A DNA stretch of 64,000 bases from the human T2T-CHM13v2.0 reference genome, Homo sapiens: NCBI RefSeq assembly GCF_009914755.1, contig NC_060929.1; one strand, given 5' to 3'. Made by a program: the position numbers and the translations under genes. The notes beneath the pieces are model-generated. The model was not told the origin of the DNA. It worked only from the letters and a program-made list of their open reading frames with translations, and ran no database searches. Below, piece after piece: positions 27,126 to 41,171 of the stretch (position 1 is its first letter; every line of letters begins with the position of its first letter).

Positions 27126-27589
27126 TAAAGAAGACTGGAAAGAAGGAAACATATGACCTCTGCTGAAATGTTTCTTATTATGGGAGCTTCTCCCCAACAG
27201 AAGGCATTTGTAATTACTAAGAGAGAACACCCTGTCCATGGAGCTGAGCTAGCTCTTTCTGCCCTCTTATGCTACTTAGTCCCAGTGACCTCCCTCATTC
27301 CCAGGACAGATGAGGGCGTTTACACCTGGGTGGCTGCCCCCTCACCATAGAGCTTCACCTCTTTTCTGTTACCCAGCTTCATCCACCTTGCCATAAGAGT
27401 CAACAAGATTCAAAGTCATTCAATCATAATTCCTTAACTTCTGGCTAGAGTTTTTGACCCAAGCTGATTCAATCAGAGCACTCCTCCACGACTTTTAAAG
27501 ATTAAAGCTGGAATATAGAATCTTTTCTTTTTGAAGTAATAGAGCTAGACAAATGTAAATCTACGGCCACTAGTGGTCATATCTTCATC

Positions 27590-27982
27590 GTAGTGGGTCT
27601 CATGATGGGCCTCTAGATATGCCACCAGATCAGGACTGATGCATTGACACTGACTACCGCAAATGCCACTAGTACGACTCACAGCTGAATCTTTCTCTGC
27701 ACAAGGAAGCTGCCTTTCCCTTGGTTTCCCAGCCAGACACATCCAATAATTGGTTAATATAGAGGTATAAAGACCTGATACCTCTGTTTCAATTTGGGAA
27801 AATCTTGAAGAGCTATCGCAGCTCCAGAGATCCCCATGGGATTGGATGAGGCAATTGTTGTGAAGGCACTGTAGCCCAACTTCTCCCTCTTTCCCCTCTT
27901 GCTTCCTTCATTCTCTCAGAGCTGGTGTCCACACAGATCTCCATCGGAGAGTTTGTTTTCCCAGGGAACCTAACCTATGTCA
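27590..27982. mobile_element. LTR16-like ERVL LTR fragment
   Basis: 'gcagctccagagatccccatgggattgg...gagtttgttttcccagggaacctaaccta'. Confidence 0.5.
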
Positions 27983-28049
27983 TTATGGAAGAAACCCATC
28001 TGCTGAAGGAGGAAACAGGGCTGAACAGAGACAATAGAAATGAGAGACA

Positions 28050-28370
28050 CCCATATGGAATCCTGACTCTCTTAAATCTTCCAATTGTGCATAACTATAC
28101 ATAGTTCTAAATAGCTCACCATCCTGATAATGTGATGCTCAGGCCTGAATATAATTGTCCAAGGCTGGACCCGCTAGACTAGAGTATGGGGGGATTTTAC
28201 ACTCATGGAACTTCTTAATTTAGCTGAACATTAGATGAGCTTTTTAGAAGCCCCAAAATCCTGTTGGTTTATTGGAGACTGTGTTCAACAAAGACTCCTA
28301 CATTTCCTTCTGTTGAGCCAGCTACCTCTCCCTGCATCCAAACATCATTTACTCTCCTTGAAGAACTGCC
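28050..28370. mobile_element. CR1/L3 fragment
   Basis: Weak similarity, 'ctgaatataattgtccaaggctggacccgctagactagagta'. Confidence 0.35.
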
Positions 28371-31300
28371 TACACTTTATGGCTGGCAGTATTTCTTAGC
28401 CTTTTAAACACATGCACCAAATATGAGCACAGATCTGGAAGAAGCTGAAGGGACGAGGAGGTGGGAGGTTGTTTTTGCAGTTTATAGTATAAAAACAGTA
28501 AGTTACATGGAACACAATTTTTCCAAAACTGCACAAACTGTTCAACCATCCTATGTTCAGCCCCCTAACAATTGTAGAAGACATCTCTTTTATGACGACT
28601 TGGAGTTCTTATAATTCTTACTTAGAACTTTTAAGCAGCGCTAATATCTGTGGTGCACATAACAAAAGTTCCAGAGATATTCCCTTTGCCAGTAATGAAG
28701 CTAGGTCTGAAAATTATATGCTCTGGTAACAAAGTTCCAACGAGAAAAATTGAAGTGGTAACAAATTTGAGCAAGTTTATTTTCTTTAATTTCTAACCAT
28801 GAAATGTTTGGATCTGTATGGGACTTTGAAGATCATCTAGTGCCAGAATGGCAAACACTCCCCACTCCCTTTATGTCTCTCCTCCGCCAGAGTCCTTGGC
28901 AGACATTACTATGGGACTCAAGATTCTTCTCACAGAGCTTCAATGCTGCTCATTTTCCAAGGATCTTCTTCCCAAGGATCCAAATGATGTTCCATAATTC
29001 TCAGCACACCGCATCAGACAGCTACTACCAATTAATTGGTCTGGAAAACTAGACAAACTTTATTTCCTTTTTTTGCCCCAATCACCCTACTCTCCTAAAG
29101 GGGTAAAATCATTGACCCAAATTTATGTAATGCTTACTAATCAAGCTTAAACTCCTGATTCCCAAATCAGTGCTCTCTCTCTTTTTCTTCCCCCTCTTCA
29201 TTGAAATTTCTCCAGTAATTTTAACCATTATATGCCCACAGGCTAGTCAGGTATGAAGAATTCTGGACCCAACTTCAACTGGCATGTCCTCCATTATCGA
29301 ATGAGTGTGTAGCTGTTGCTCACGCTGCTTATGACATATGTAGGAACATAGAGGCCATCTGAAGGAAGAGAGGTGGTCAAGCTGGGCTCCAGTTCCCACG
29401 CGGTTATAGATGCTTCAATAATAATAATAAAATGCTACGACAAATAGAAACATGCCCTGCACCCAATGACTCATGGCTCTAAGCTAATCCCACAATGGCC
29501 CCACCTCAGTATTAAAAACACGAGAGAGAGAGAGAAATATAATTCCATGTATGTCCGTCTGTTTGGTAACCAAAACAACCAGCCATAAATGGGAAGTGAC
29601 TCCCTGATAAATGGTTTTGTGTGAAGTTAAGACCATCTCACTTGCTCTTGAACTGTCACCTGGGGCCTTGAAGAAACAAGTGGCCCTAAGGCTATTTGGG
29701 CTCCTTTAAAAATGCTAACCCTCTCCAGTGCCAGCACCATTTTTCTTGTGCTTAGAGGATGGCAGCACTATAGGTGGGATGGAAAATAACCAGCTGGCAT
29801 GAGGTGCCCTAGGAGCCAGTCTGAAATTACAGGATGATGTGTCAGGATCCAGGAAATGATGGGTGCAATGAGTGGGTCATTCTTTCTCCTTGGCACACGA
29901 GAACACACCTAGAACTCTAACCTCCATCCTAGGAGGTCTGAACGCCAAAGTGAAATGAACTTTAGAGACACCAGACACAATCCCACCACTTAGTAGATTA
30001 TTAGAATGAGGACCAGAGAGGGAAGAGACCTGGCTAAGGTCACACAGCAAGTATGACTGGTGTTTCCAAAAGTAGATTCTTGGAGTAGTAAAAAGAAACT
30101 GGAAACATGTAAACATCAGGAGCAATGATAAACTGAAATAATTCATCCAGTGAAACGCCACCTGGTCTTGAAGGAAGAGAGGTGGTCAAGCCAGACTCCA
30201 GAGCTGCTCACCACAGGAAGGAGGGGTCCCATCCCCCACCCACATCCACAGCCCTACCCCACCAATGTGTCCCCCTTTTTCCATCTCTGACTCTTACTAA
30301 AGCAAAATGCTAGCTACAAAGTGACTCATTTTGGGAAATAGACTTTGTGACTCAGTTCTGCTCTCTAACCACTAGACTAAGCTCCTCATGACTTAAGGAG
30401 GTTTCACTACATCTATCAACAAGCTGAATGAGAGGGGATCCCCTTGCATAAAAGACAAATAGGTGGTTTATCCATCAGTGGTAGGTACTATGAAATAAAA
30501 GGCAATGTAATATGTAATTAATTCAGTATACATTAAACTAGGATCAATGCCAGACATACTATCCTCTTATATCCTCATAACAACCCCACTGGTAAAGACA
30601 ATTATTCAATGTATCTAGAAGCTAAGAATCAGAGATGGTAAGTGACTGGAAATGAAGTTTGGGAGAGGTTAGGTGACTTGTCTGAGTTGGCAGAGCCGGG
30701 ATTCAAGCCAAGTTGTCTTGGTTTCCTCTGCTCCATACCCTTGGTTCCCAAACCCACACCCCACTGTGGCATTTTTCACATGGCCAAGGTGATACAGCAG
30801 AGGCAAGCTTCCAGTCTCCTACCTCAAAGGCACAGCGACCTCTGTGATTTAATCACCACAACAGTTCTGTGGAGGGTTGGCAGGGGATTTGTCAGATAAA
30901 CAACAACAACAAAAACCAACAGATTTCAGAAGCATAAATCCCACGTGGCCTGGAGGCAACCATTTTCTGTGTAGTAGCCTCAGTCTTCTTCATTTGTAAT
31001 ATGGGGATAATTAGAGCATCTACCTGATAGGTTTGCTCTAAGGACGAAGTGAGATAATATAAGTGAAAAGCACTTTGTGTAAACTGCTAAGTGTCATTCA
31101 GTGAAAAAAGAATCAGAGACATGCCGAAAGGACAAGCAAAATGCTAACCCAATGAACTGGGTCTAGTATAAAACCATTACTTGCCTCATAACAAGAAATA
31201 ATAGTGATATATATCTACATAATGCCTACAGCTTTATAGTTTATATAGAGTTTTTTAGAACACAATTCTTTTCAAATCAATAACCAATAGCCATGATTTG

Positions 31301-32989
31301 AGTCTTTTCTAAAAATGTATTTGGTATAGCCATTTACATGGTGAAGCTATAATATATATGCTAGGTAAGTTGTGGCAGCCTATGTTAGAAATCGTATATA
31401 ATTCTAACAAATTTCTTCTGAAGTAGGTGCTGCTCCACAGCTAATGAGAGGAGAAGCTGAGCTTTGAACCTAGGCCTGGCCTGACTTTCAGGAACCTACG
31501 GTGCACACTTTTCCAGAACACCACAACTCACTGCACCCTCAGCAGGCCCCAAAGCAGAGTGTTATCCACCCAGGAAACAGCCATGTGCAGCCGAAGAAAC
31601 AGCCACATGCATCCTGAGGTATGAGACATGAAACCTCCTTCCTAGAACTTGAAAGAGCTGCCACGGCGAGGAGGACATGAGCCTTACTGTGGGTCTCCAG
31701 GGTTCACCTCACACGACTTTCTCTGGCCCCTGTGAGCAGCTCCCCATCCTGCTCTGAGTCAGGCTTCTTGTTTCTCATTTTTCTTCCTAACATATTTTCC
31801 CACAGTGCTTTTTCTGAACTTCTTCTTTCCTGAAATCCCCAGCTCACCCTGAAGGACCCTACCACCACCTTTCTCCCTAACCCCACTTCCCAATTTTCCT
31901 CTATGCCTGTGATTCATTCTGTGAGTTAACTGGGGAGGGTGGCCCTAACCTCTCTCTTGCATGTGTGGTTGCCATCCCCAGCCTTTGACAAGGGAGCAGC
32001 ATAAAGGCCTAGGGAGTGGGCCCTCTAGACCGACTCTCTGGGTCCAAATCCAGGCTCTGCTCTTAGGGCCATGTGGGCCTAAGCAAGCAAGTTGGCCTTT
32101 ATGTAAGCTTCAGAGAGACCTGTCTCAAGGAACCACTGTGGGGGTTAGAGGAGATTATGCTTTTGACAAGGGCATGTTACAGAGCAGCCATTATCAGTGG
32201 ATTTGCATGCATGACTGGTTCCATCATTGGTGTTACCCTCCTACCACCCCATCTCCAATCTCTGAAAAAACATCTTTTCTTAAGCCAAATTTTCCTCTTA
32301 CTCATCCATTTCAACCTCCCCCAGGAATATAGTCCCAGGACTCTTCTTCCTGTCTATGACATAATCTAATTCCTCTTCCACCCTACCCACCTCCTTGTAG
32401 ACCCCCCCATCTCTGTTACAGACACCTCCACCCCTGGCATCCAAGGCAGGACATCTAGCAGTCTGTCTTTTCCTATGCCTCTATGCCATCCCATCATAGT
32501 GACCATGGCCTTTGGACTCTTCCTAAGCTGCCTCCCTGGCTTCACCTTTCCTTGCCACATGTCATTGTCCTCCCTATTGCTCACCCCACAGCCTTCCTCA
32601 CCACAACACTCCCTTCCCAACCTTGCCCCTTGGTTCTTCTGTTCCCCATTCTTGGAGAGCCCTTTTCTCTCCCTGCAGGGAAGGAAGTGCTTATCCTTCA
32701 AAGCACAACTTATCCAGGTGCTTCTCATCATTTCCAGTTAGGTTTCAATTTTCATAGTCTGCCCAGTTTTCAAATTATATTATTATATGTTTATGCTTTG
32801 CCCCTAACTAAATTACAAGCATCTCAAGGGCATATCTCACATGTCTGTGTATCTCCTTACAAGTCCTAATAGAATGCCAGATACAGAAAATGCCTCTGAA
32901 AACATGCATTGACCAATTGATTTAAAAATCAGTCTACAAGCTTTAGAAAAAAGAAGACATCTGAGTTAAGAATTATATTAGCTAACAGT

Positions 32990-33860
32990 TGCTCAGTTCT
33001 TGCTATGTCCTAGATAATGGACTCAGTAATGAGAAAATAAAATGAAAGAATAGTATCTACCATTGTATCAAATATCTTACATGCATTGTTCATTTAATCT
33101 TCACCATAGCTATATGCAGGAAGTACTATTATTATGCCCATTTTGCAGTGTCACTTATTAAAGCAATTAGCTCTGTGGGAGAAGAACATAAACAGAGGCT
33201 CAGCTATTCCACCAAGTCATGCAAACAACCAGAATTTGAACCTTGATGAAACATCTTTTTTTCACTTATGCAATAAATATTTCTTGAATTCCTACCATGT
33301 GCCAGGCATTCTTCCAAGCTCCAGAGATAGAATTGTGAAAAAGACAAGCACATTCCCTTCCCTCTTGGGTCTTACATTCTGGTGAGAAAGGAAAACAAGA
33401 AATAAGTAATCTAATGAATATATAACTCAATGTGGGTAGTGCAAAGACTATGAAATAAAGGCAGCAGCATGTGGGATCAGAAAGTATTTAGCGGAAGACA
33501 TGGGAGCTTCAGGTCCAGAGGTCCAGGAAGACCTCACTGGGCAGGTGACAAGTGAGATACCTGAGTGAGAAGAAGTGTGAGCACGGGAGGATGTGGGCTA
33601 TGAGCATCCCCTGTGAAAGAGAGAGCACATGAAAAGACCCTGCAGCAGGAATTAGCTTGGCATCTGTGAGAAAGGCAGAAAGGTTACCAAGAGCTGGAGT
33701 GGCAGAAAATTATGTTGAGGAAGTAGAAGGGGGCAGATCACTGGACCATAAGAGTCTGTCTTCTTTTTGCATATTTTGGGAGAGCCCCTGAAGAGTTCTG
33801 AGCGGAGGAATGATATATATGATTTGTGCTTTTAAAATATTGCTGTCTAACCGATTGTTG
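32990..33860 (-). mobile_element. MIR plus L2 fragments
   Basis: 'catttaatcttcaccatagc'; 'aataaatatttcttgaattcctaccatgtgccaggca'. Confidence 0.65.
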
Positions 33861-35389
33861 CACAGAGCTGTTTATGAGAGACCAAGTGGTTTCTGAAATA
33901 ACTGAAGTTTTGTGGCTAGACATGGTTCATCTGGGATGATTTCATTAAGGGGCAAATGTGGTTCTGAGGGAAAAGAAGACAGTTTGGCTCCCAGGAAGGG
34001 GGAAGCCATTCTTGATGATGGTAAATACATGTGTGATAATGAATGGAGAAGTCAGAAAGTTGTGAAAGGTAGTATTTCCCAAAGTTTATTCTATTAACAT
34101 TTATTTCAAGGTTTGTGAATAAATGTTACACAATGAAACATTGACTCAGCATGGGAAATGCTCTGTTCAACAAAGGTAACCAGACCTCTTTACTGGAGGA
34201 CTTCTCAGAGTCTTCAGGATGATTATTTGCGTCTAGTCTCCTTAAGACAAGACTGAAGTTGGCAGAGTTCCCCAACCTTATTTGACCACAAGACTCTTTT
34301 CACATAAAACACACATCGGGAAATCCCAGTGTAAGGATTTCATCCTAAAACCAGCTAAGACTGTTCAGAGATGAAAATAGGGACATAATGAGTAATAGAC
34401 CGTGAAGGCAGGAATGGGGCATTTTTGGTTATTATGAGGCCAATGTAAGCTTACCAGTTTGATAAAATTCATAACAGATAATTACATGAGAAGGTCACTT
34501 TTGCTGTCCTGTTTGGAACTGATAAAGTAGAGGTAGAATCCAAACATTCTAGGGATTCTGTAAGATGATTTATCTACAGTGTGGGAAGGAAAAATTATGT
34601 TGTCTATTTATATTTATATTGTTTCAAAAATCATAAAGAAATTAATATTCTAATATTTACATGTATTACATGGGTTAAAAGTGACACATTAGTATGATTT
34701 ATAAATATATATACTTGGCTTGGATGTTCAAAAATGTTATAAGAAGGGATACATGGTAAAGAAAAGCCTGGAGATTGCTAGATTAGGTGACCTGTAGAAC
34801 GAAATGTCTAGTGCATGCACCAAGGCTGTGGTTGTGGAAATGTAGAGGAAGGAATAAAATCAAAGAACCGATGGGGTGGGAGTTAGAGAAAAGAGTTTTG
34901 GGGAGGTGGAGGTGTCATCAGCAGCAACTATGAAAAATGTCTGTGGAGTGGCTATGAAAAATGAATGATGACTGCAAGGCCAGGAGCTCTGGAGATAGGT
35001 TTAAGTTTGCTGCAGAAATTGAGAATGAATAGGGGGCCCAAGCACTTATAATGCATTCACATTGCAGCATTAATTGTAGTCCGGTATCTGGGACATAATA
35101 TCTGTTCAACAGATGTTCTTAAGAAGAACAAATGAGTAAGTGAATGAATTAATGAATGAATAAATTCACAGGGCTTAGCAAAGCAACGTGGAGTAAGAAA
35201 ATTTGGGCAAAATGAAAATGACCTGACCAAGATTCCACAAAATGTTATTTCCTAAAAACAAACAAAAAAAAGTATAACAGCCCCTGATATTAGTTTGTTT
35301 TTGACATTAGACCAAAGTATTTTCAAAAGAGAATTTGTTGGATATATCCATACATATTTTTATGATAGACTTTTTAAAAATGTTATGTT

Positions 35390-35711
<322 letters not shown>

Positions 35712-35874
35712 TCATACATGTACGTTGTAGAAAAATCAGAAAATACAAAGAAGCAAATAAAAGGGGGGGCGTGTGCAAAATTTATCATACCACTATCCAG
35801 AGATAACACAGGTATATATTTATAAAAATGAGCTTATATTTTAAATACTATTTTGTAATTACTACTCAGTCACA

Positions 35875-36235
35875 TTCAGTTTTTTAGTTGCTATTCCTCC
35901 ATGGCCTCAGGACCCAGCTGGAGGACTCTTGTGTCCATGTGATCAGCCCCATTAGTCATAAGCACTGCCAGGTCTCTTGCCTGTAGCTCCTTGTGAGCAA
36001 TCTGCCCATCCCTGGCACCTTACTGATAAGTTCTCCCCAGGCCTGGACACTGGAGGCCCCAGTCAAGGCTGGAGTTAGGGTGAGGTAAGTAACATACCTG
36101 CCTTGGGGACAAAAATTAATGCAAAAATATCCATGATGAGCAAAATGTCAAAGTTTTAAATAAATATAGGACCTGACAGGGCCAAGATTAGGGTGAGGAG
36201 AGGGAGTAGGTCACACGATAAGTGCAGAGTTGGAT
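35875..36235 (+). repeat. Left arm of ~360-bp inverted duplication
   Basis: Reverse complement aligns colinearly with 37266-37635. Confidence 0.9.
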
Positions 36236-36378
36236 CCTGTCTTTATTAAAATGTTATTCATTATGGAGGTTATGTATTGGTTTTGGTTTTTAAAATATTA
36301 CATTAAGATATTATTTATCTTCGCCACCCCTTAGATTTTGCACTTGGCTACAAACTAACCCCACCCTATTCCTGGCCT
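36064..36378 (+). mobile_element. MER96B-like hAT element
   Basis: 'ggagttagggtgagg...aaaattaatgcaaaaatatccatgatga...ggatcctgtctttatt...caccctattcctggcc'. Confidence 0.7.
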
Positions 36379-37265
36379 TTTAGTGTGGATTCTGGTGGGG
36401 CAGAGTAGAGTATGGGATCAGCTTCATGGCTGAGAGTAACGACACCTGAGCCCTCGTCTAAGCTGTACTATTAATTACCTATACATTTTTCAGTTATTTC
36501 CCCTTTCTGGACCTCCGTTTCCCCAAATGTAAAAATATGTGGGTGAACTCTATGATTTGGAAGCACAAATTAATTGCACAAATTCCATGATGCTAATTAG
36601 AATTGTAGCTAGAGATCAGGAGATTTCCTTCCTGATACTACCTCTGCCATTTACTAACTATGTAACCTTGGGTAAATCACTTCCCAATTAGACACAGACA
36701 GGCTTCCTAATCTCCACTAGCTGGGGTGAAATCAAAATAGTCTACAAGGTTCTTTTGAGCTTTATATGTTTCTGATTATTTTCCTACTTGAAGCCAAAGA
36801 ATATCCCAATACCATAAACAGTAGAAGCCAAGTGTCTTGTTATAAGCAACCAGATTTTAACAAACGGACTTAAGAGCAAAGTTAATGATTTGGCAAGATG
36901 TTAGGAAGTCTTCTTTCTGAGGAAAGAGAATTCAGTGTCAAGCAGGCAATATCTAACTATTGTTTAGTTTTGAGACACCCTCATTAGAAGCTTGTGCTTA
37001 TGTATTTCTGTTGAAAAAAGTGTGGATCAAGGGACTGGTGTTTTTCATTAACACGTTGGCAATCCATCTAGTGACCTGGAAAGAGGGCTCATGGTAGCTT
37101 AGTGTTAGTGTACTATAAACTTGAAAAAGGCTTATAACTACTTTGGATTCCTTTTCACCTGTGAAATAGGGAAAAGGAGGGCTGCTCATGGGGTTGGTTA
37201 CTGTGGAAATCAAGTAAGATATAAGTGAAAGTGCAATTTAAACTAAAGAGTTCTCATGTCATGAA

Positions 37266-37635
37266 ATCCAACTCTGCACTTACTCTATGACTTTACTCAC
37301 TCTCCTCACCCTGATCCTGGCCCTGTCAGATTCTATACTTATTTAAGATTTTGATGTGTTGTTCATAATGGATATTTTTGTATTAATTTTTACATCCTTG
37401 AGGCAGGTGCTTTACTTACATTACCCTAACTCCAGCCTTGTCCAGGGGCCTCCAGTGTCGGGGCCTGGCAAGAGAACTGGCCATGCTTAGGTGCCAGGGA
37501 TGGGACAGATTGCTCACAAAGAGCTACAGACAAGAGACCTGGCCATGCTTACGACTAATGAGGCTGACCACTTGGACAGAAGAGTCCTCCAACTGGGTCC
37601 TCAGGCCATGGAGAAGTGGCAACGAAATAAATGGT
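37266..37635 (-). repeat. Right arm of ~360-bp inverted duplication
   Basis: For example 'gtgccagggatgggacagattgctcacaaagagctacagacaagagacctggc' versus left-arm reverse complement 'gtgccagggatgggcagattgctcacaaggagctacaggcaagagacctggc'. Confidence 0.9.
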
Positions 37636-38014
37636 GTATGGACCTAAAGTTGTTAATAACTCAAGTTCTCATGATACTAGCTTGAGCCATTCAAAGATTA
37701 ATCATTTAGGAATTTGTATAATGTTCAGTACTTAGTTTCATAAGATCAGATACTTAAGCACTGGATGGATGAACTGGTTTGTCAATTAAAGGGAAAAAAT
37801 CTGGTCCTTTAACTGAAAACAAACTCAAAATGAGCCCATTATGGAAGGTGACTCAGAAACACAAATGGAATCTTGGGCTGTACCCATGGGCTTGTAGTAT
37901 TTAGAAGCTGTGAGCCTAATTCCATGGAAAGCCAAGGCCAAACAAATATAGTCTGTCCTGTCTGTAGGGAGAGCTCAAGGTTGTTATTTGAGGCTGGAAG
38001 GATGCTTGCTGGAA

Positions 38015-38378
38015 GGATAGGTTGAATTGTGTCCTCCAAAACGATGTTGAAGTTCAAAACCCCAGTACCTGTAAATAGAACCTTATTTGGAAACTAGGTC
38101 TTTGCAGATATTTAAGTTGAGGTGAAGTCATTTGTATCCAATATCACTGGTGCCCTTATAAAAGGTGGAAATGTAGACATAGGGACAGCCACACACAGAG
38201 GTAGGATGCCGTGTGAAGATAAAGGAAGAGATCATGGTGATGCATCTGAAAGCCAAGAAACACTAAAGATTGCCAGCCAACCACCAGTAGCTAGGAGAAA
38301 GGCATAGAACAGATGGTCTGTTACAGCCCTCAGAAGGAACCAACTCTGCTGACACCTTGATTTTAGATCTAATACAGT
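38015..38378 (+). mobile_element. MLT1B/C-like LTR
   Basis: 'ggttgaattgtgtcctccaaa...accttatttggaaa...tcagaaggaaccaactctgctgacaccttgatttt'. Confidence 0.8.
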
Positions 38379-38511
38379 AGTGCAGAGAGCATTTGGCCCA
38401 GCATTTGTGCCTAAAAGAAGCACAGACTACCCATCTAATATTGAGATTCTCAGACAAAACCATCTCCATTCCTATCATGTGCCTGGCAAATAGCAGATAT
38501 GCAGTGACTAC

Positions 38512-38812
38512 TTTTTTTTTTTTTTTTTTTTGAGACGGAGTCTCGCTCTGCTGCCCAGTCTGGAGTGCAGTGGTGCTATGTCGTCTCACTGCTACCTCCA
38601 CCTGCTAGGTTCAAGCAATTCTCTTGCCCCAGCCTCCCGAGTAGCCAGAATTACAGGCGCCCGCCACCACACCCGGCTAATTTTTGTATTTTTAGTAGAG
38701 ACTGGGTTTCACCATTTTGGCCAGGCTGGTCTCAAACTCCTGACCTCAAGTACTCTGTCTGCCTCGACCTCCCAGAGTGCTGGGATTACAGGCATGAGCC
38801 ACCACACCCGGC
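38512..38812 (-). mobile_element. AluS
   Basis: Full dimer; TSD tgactact on both sides. Confidence 0.92.
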
Positions 38813-39289
38813 TGACTACTCATTTAAGAAAGAAATGAATTTCAAAACAATCCACTACTGTTAGAGAAACAAAAAAGAAGTTGATAAGCTAGATTATGTT
38901 CTTTCAACTTCTCCGTTATACTAAGCATGAGCCATTTTAACCTCATTCTATTTTCAGAGAATGAATCATAAGATGTCAGGCATAGGCAGCATCATAGAGA
39001 TTATAAATTCAATCATCCAATCTGCAGATAAAAAAATGGGACTTAATGAGGAACAGGACAGGTTTTTTCATATATGTGTTTCCCTGTCATACGGGGGAAC
39101 CCCTTCCTCTTTTTTTCCATCATACATTAACATACCCCTTATATTTTGCTGTCACCCACAGCTTAAAATGCAATTGAGAAATTATTCAAGCCTACCAGAA
39201 GTCAGAAAAGATATGAAACCCACTGATGGTTCTCACAGAGGAACAGCAATATCTAGTATTAGGGAAAATTTTATTTTTTCCTGGGCCCC

Positions 39290-41130
39290 CCACACAAAGC
39301 ACTTCAAATGAACTATCTCATTTATGACTCACAGAAATGCTACTATGTAGGTTTTATCTTTGTTTTATAAATTAACAAAACAGACTTTGAGAAGTAGAGC
39401 AACCTGCCCAAGTAGTGGAGTTCAGATTTAAACCCAGGTATGACGGTTTCTGAAGTCCATGTTCTTAATCCACTCTGCTGTGCTGGGATTGGACAAGTTT
39501 GAGAGGCCACATGAAGCAGGGGAAAGAAGTCTGTCTCAGCTATAAACCAGGGAACTTGGGTACCATCTGGCCTTAGCCACCAACCAGCTCTGGGACTTTA
39601 AGCATATTTCTTCATCTACATTGACCTTTCCTTATCTGCAAATTGAAGTGGCTGGATTAGAGATTAGATCATGGATACTGAAGTTTTATAATGGTGGACC
39701 ATAGCTTCATTCATCCATTCATTCCACAAATATTTATTGAGTGCCCATTATGTGCCAGGTACCATTCCAGACACTGATAACAGAGCAATAACCAATACAA
39801 ACAAAGTCCCTGCACTCATGGAGCTTGTATTTTAGGAGTGGTGGAAGTAAAGGACACAGAATACACAGGTTAAAAGTTTCAAAATCAGAAAACCTCATGA
39901 AGAAAATAAAGCAAGATAAAAGATTGAAAATGACAGGTCTAAGATGGTTACTACTTCATACAAGATGGTCAGGAAAAGCCACTCTGAAGAGAGGACCTTT
40001 GAGCAAAGAACAAAATGATGAGAAGGAAGTCTTAAGAAATGAACATACACAGGCTATGTGGAATCAGTACTAATGGCACTAATGCCTCAAGAGGGTCCAC
40101 AGTCAGTAAATAACTACTGAAAATGATCCAAATTTCTCAGATGTACGCAGAAGGTTTGTTTAAGCACGCCCATCTTCACCACTTTTGTTCAAGAAATCTT
40201 TCATCATAAGCCCAATTTCATGATGTAGCCTCAAAATTATATAACTCTCTCAGGTTCGGTTATAACTAAGCATTGTTCTAAGACTAATGGAGTGACTCCT
40301 GGCCAGAGCAGGTTACAGAAAAAGAGCTGCAGTCAGGGAGTACATGTTATTGGTGACATTTAATATTGTGTTCTGCCTAATTAGGGTTTTTTTTTAAAGT
40401 TTTTGCTAAAAATCTCAGATGATCAGAGGGTCACTCAGACTTGACCCATGTTTACAGGTTAGAAGCCTCAAGAAGCAATAGTTTCTAAGGTCCATAGCTT
40501 TTACTACTCCTGTACGTCTCATAGCCATTCACTTTTCTCTGTGTCCAATCCTACTACTCCAGTCCAGGCCACCACCATCTTCCATTCCCATCTTTGTTCT
40601 CAGCCCCTTCTGATCTATTCCCCATAATGAAGTCAGGAGGATAGTTCTAAAATGAAAAATGTGCTGTGTCACTGCTGTCCTTAACACTCTTAAAACCGTT
40701 GATGGTGGCTACCCAACTCATGATAGTGGTGGTTACACAACCATATGCATTTGTCAAAATACACATAACTGCACACTAAAGAGCACATTTTACTGTTTGC
40801 AAATTATACCTCAGTAAACCTGACTTTCAAAAAATCTCCAGTGATAGGCACTGATCTTGAGTTAAAAATCTAACCTTTCACAGGCAGTGGTATTATGTAA
40901 CTGATATTTATTCTCAGTCTGGGTTCAAAGCTCAGTTTCACATCTCTTATTAAATAGGTAACTTTGACCAAGTCACCTGAACTCTCCATACTCATTCTCC
41001 TTATTTGTAAAGATCATAATAGTACGCACGTTTTAGAGTTGTCATGAAGATTAAATGAGTTAATACCTATAAGGCATTTGGAGCCTAATGTTTAATAAGT
41101 GCTTATTAAATGTACAGTATTACTAACAAG
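39290..41130. mobile_element. Cluster of MIR, L2 and small L1 3' fragments
   Basis: L2 tail 'cattcattccacaaatatttattgagtgccc' (~39710); L1 3' fragment 40700-40830; MIR 'gttgtcatgaagattaaatgagttaata' (~41040). Confidence 0.6.
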
Positions 41131-41171
41131 GCTTATAATAATAATGTCCTTCATGATTAGTCCCCATACTA

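Noticed and set aside
38530-38864. Alu-like peptides (also at 1404, 15236, 35383, 52638, 61821)
   Set aside because: Standard Alu translations
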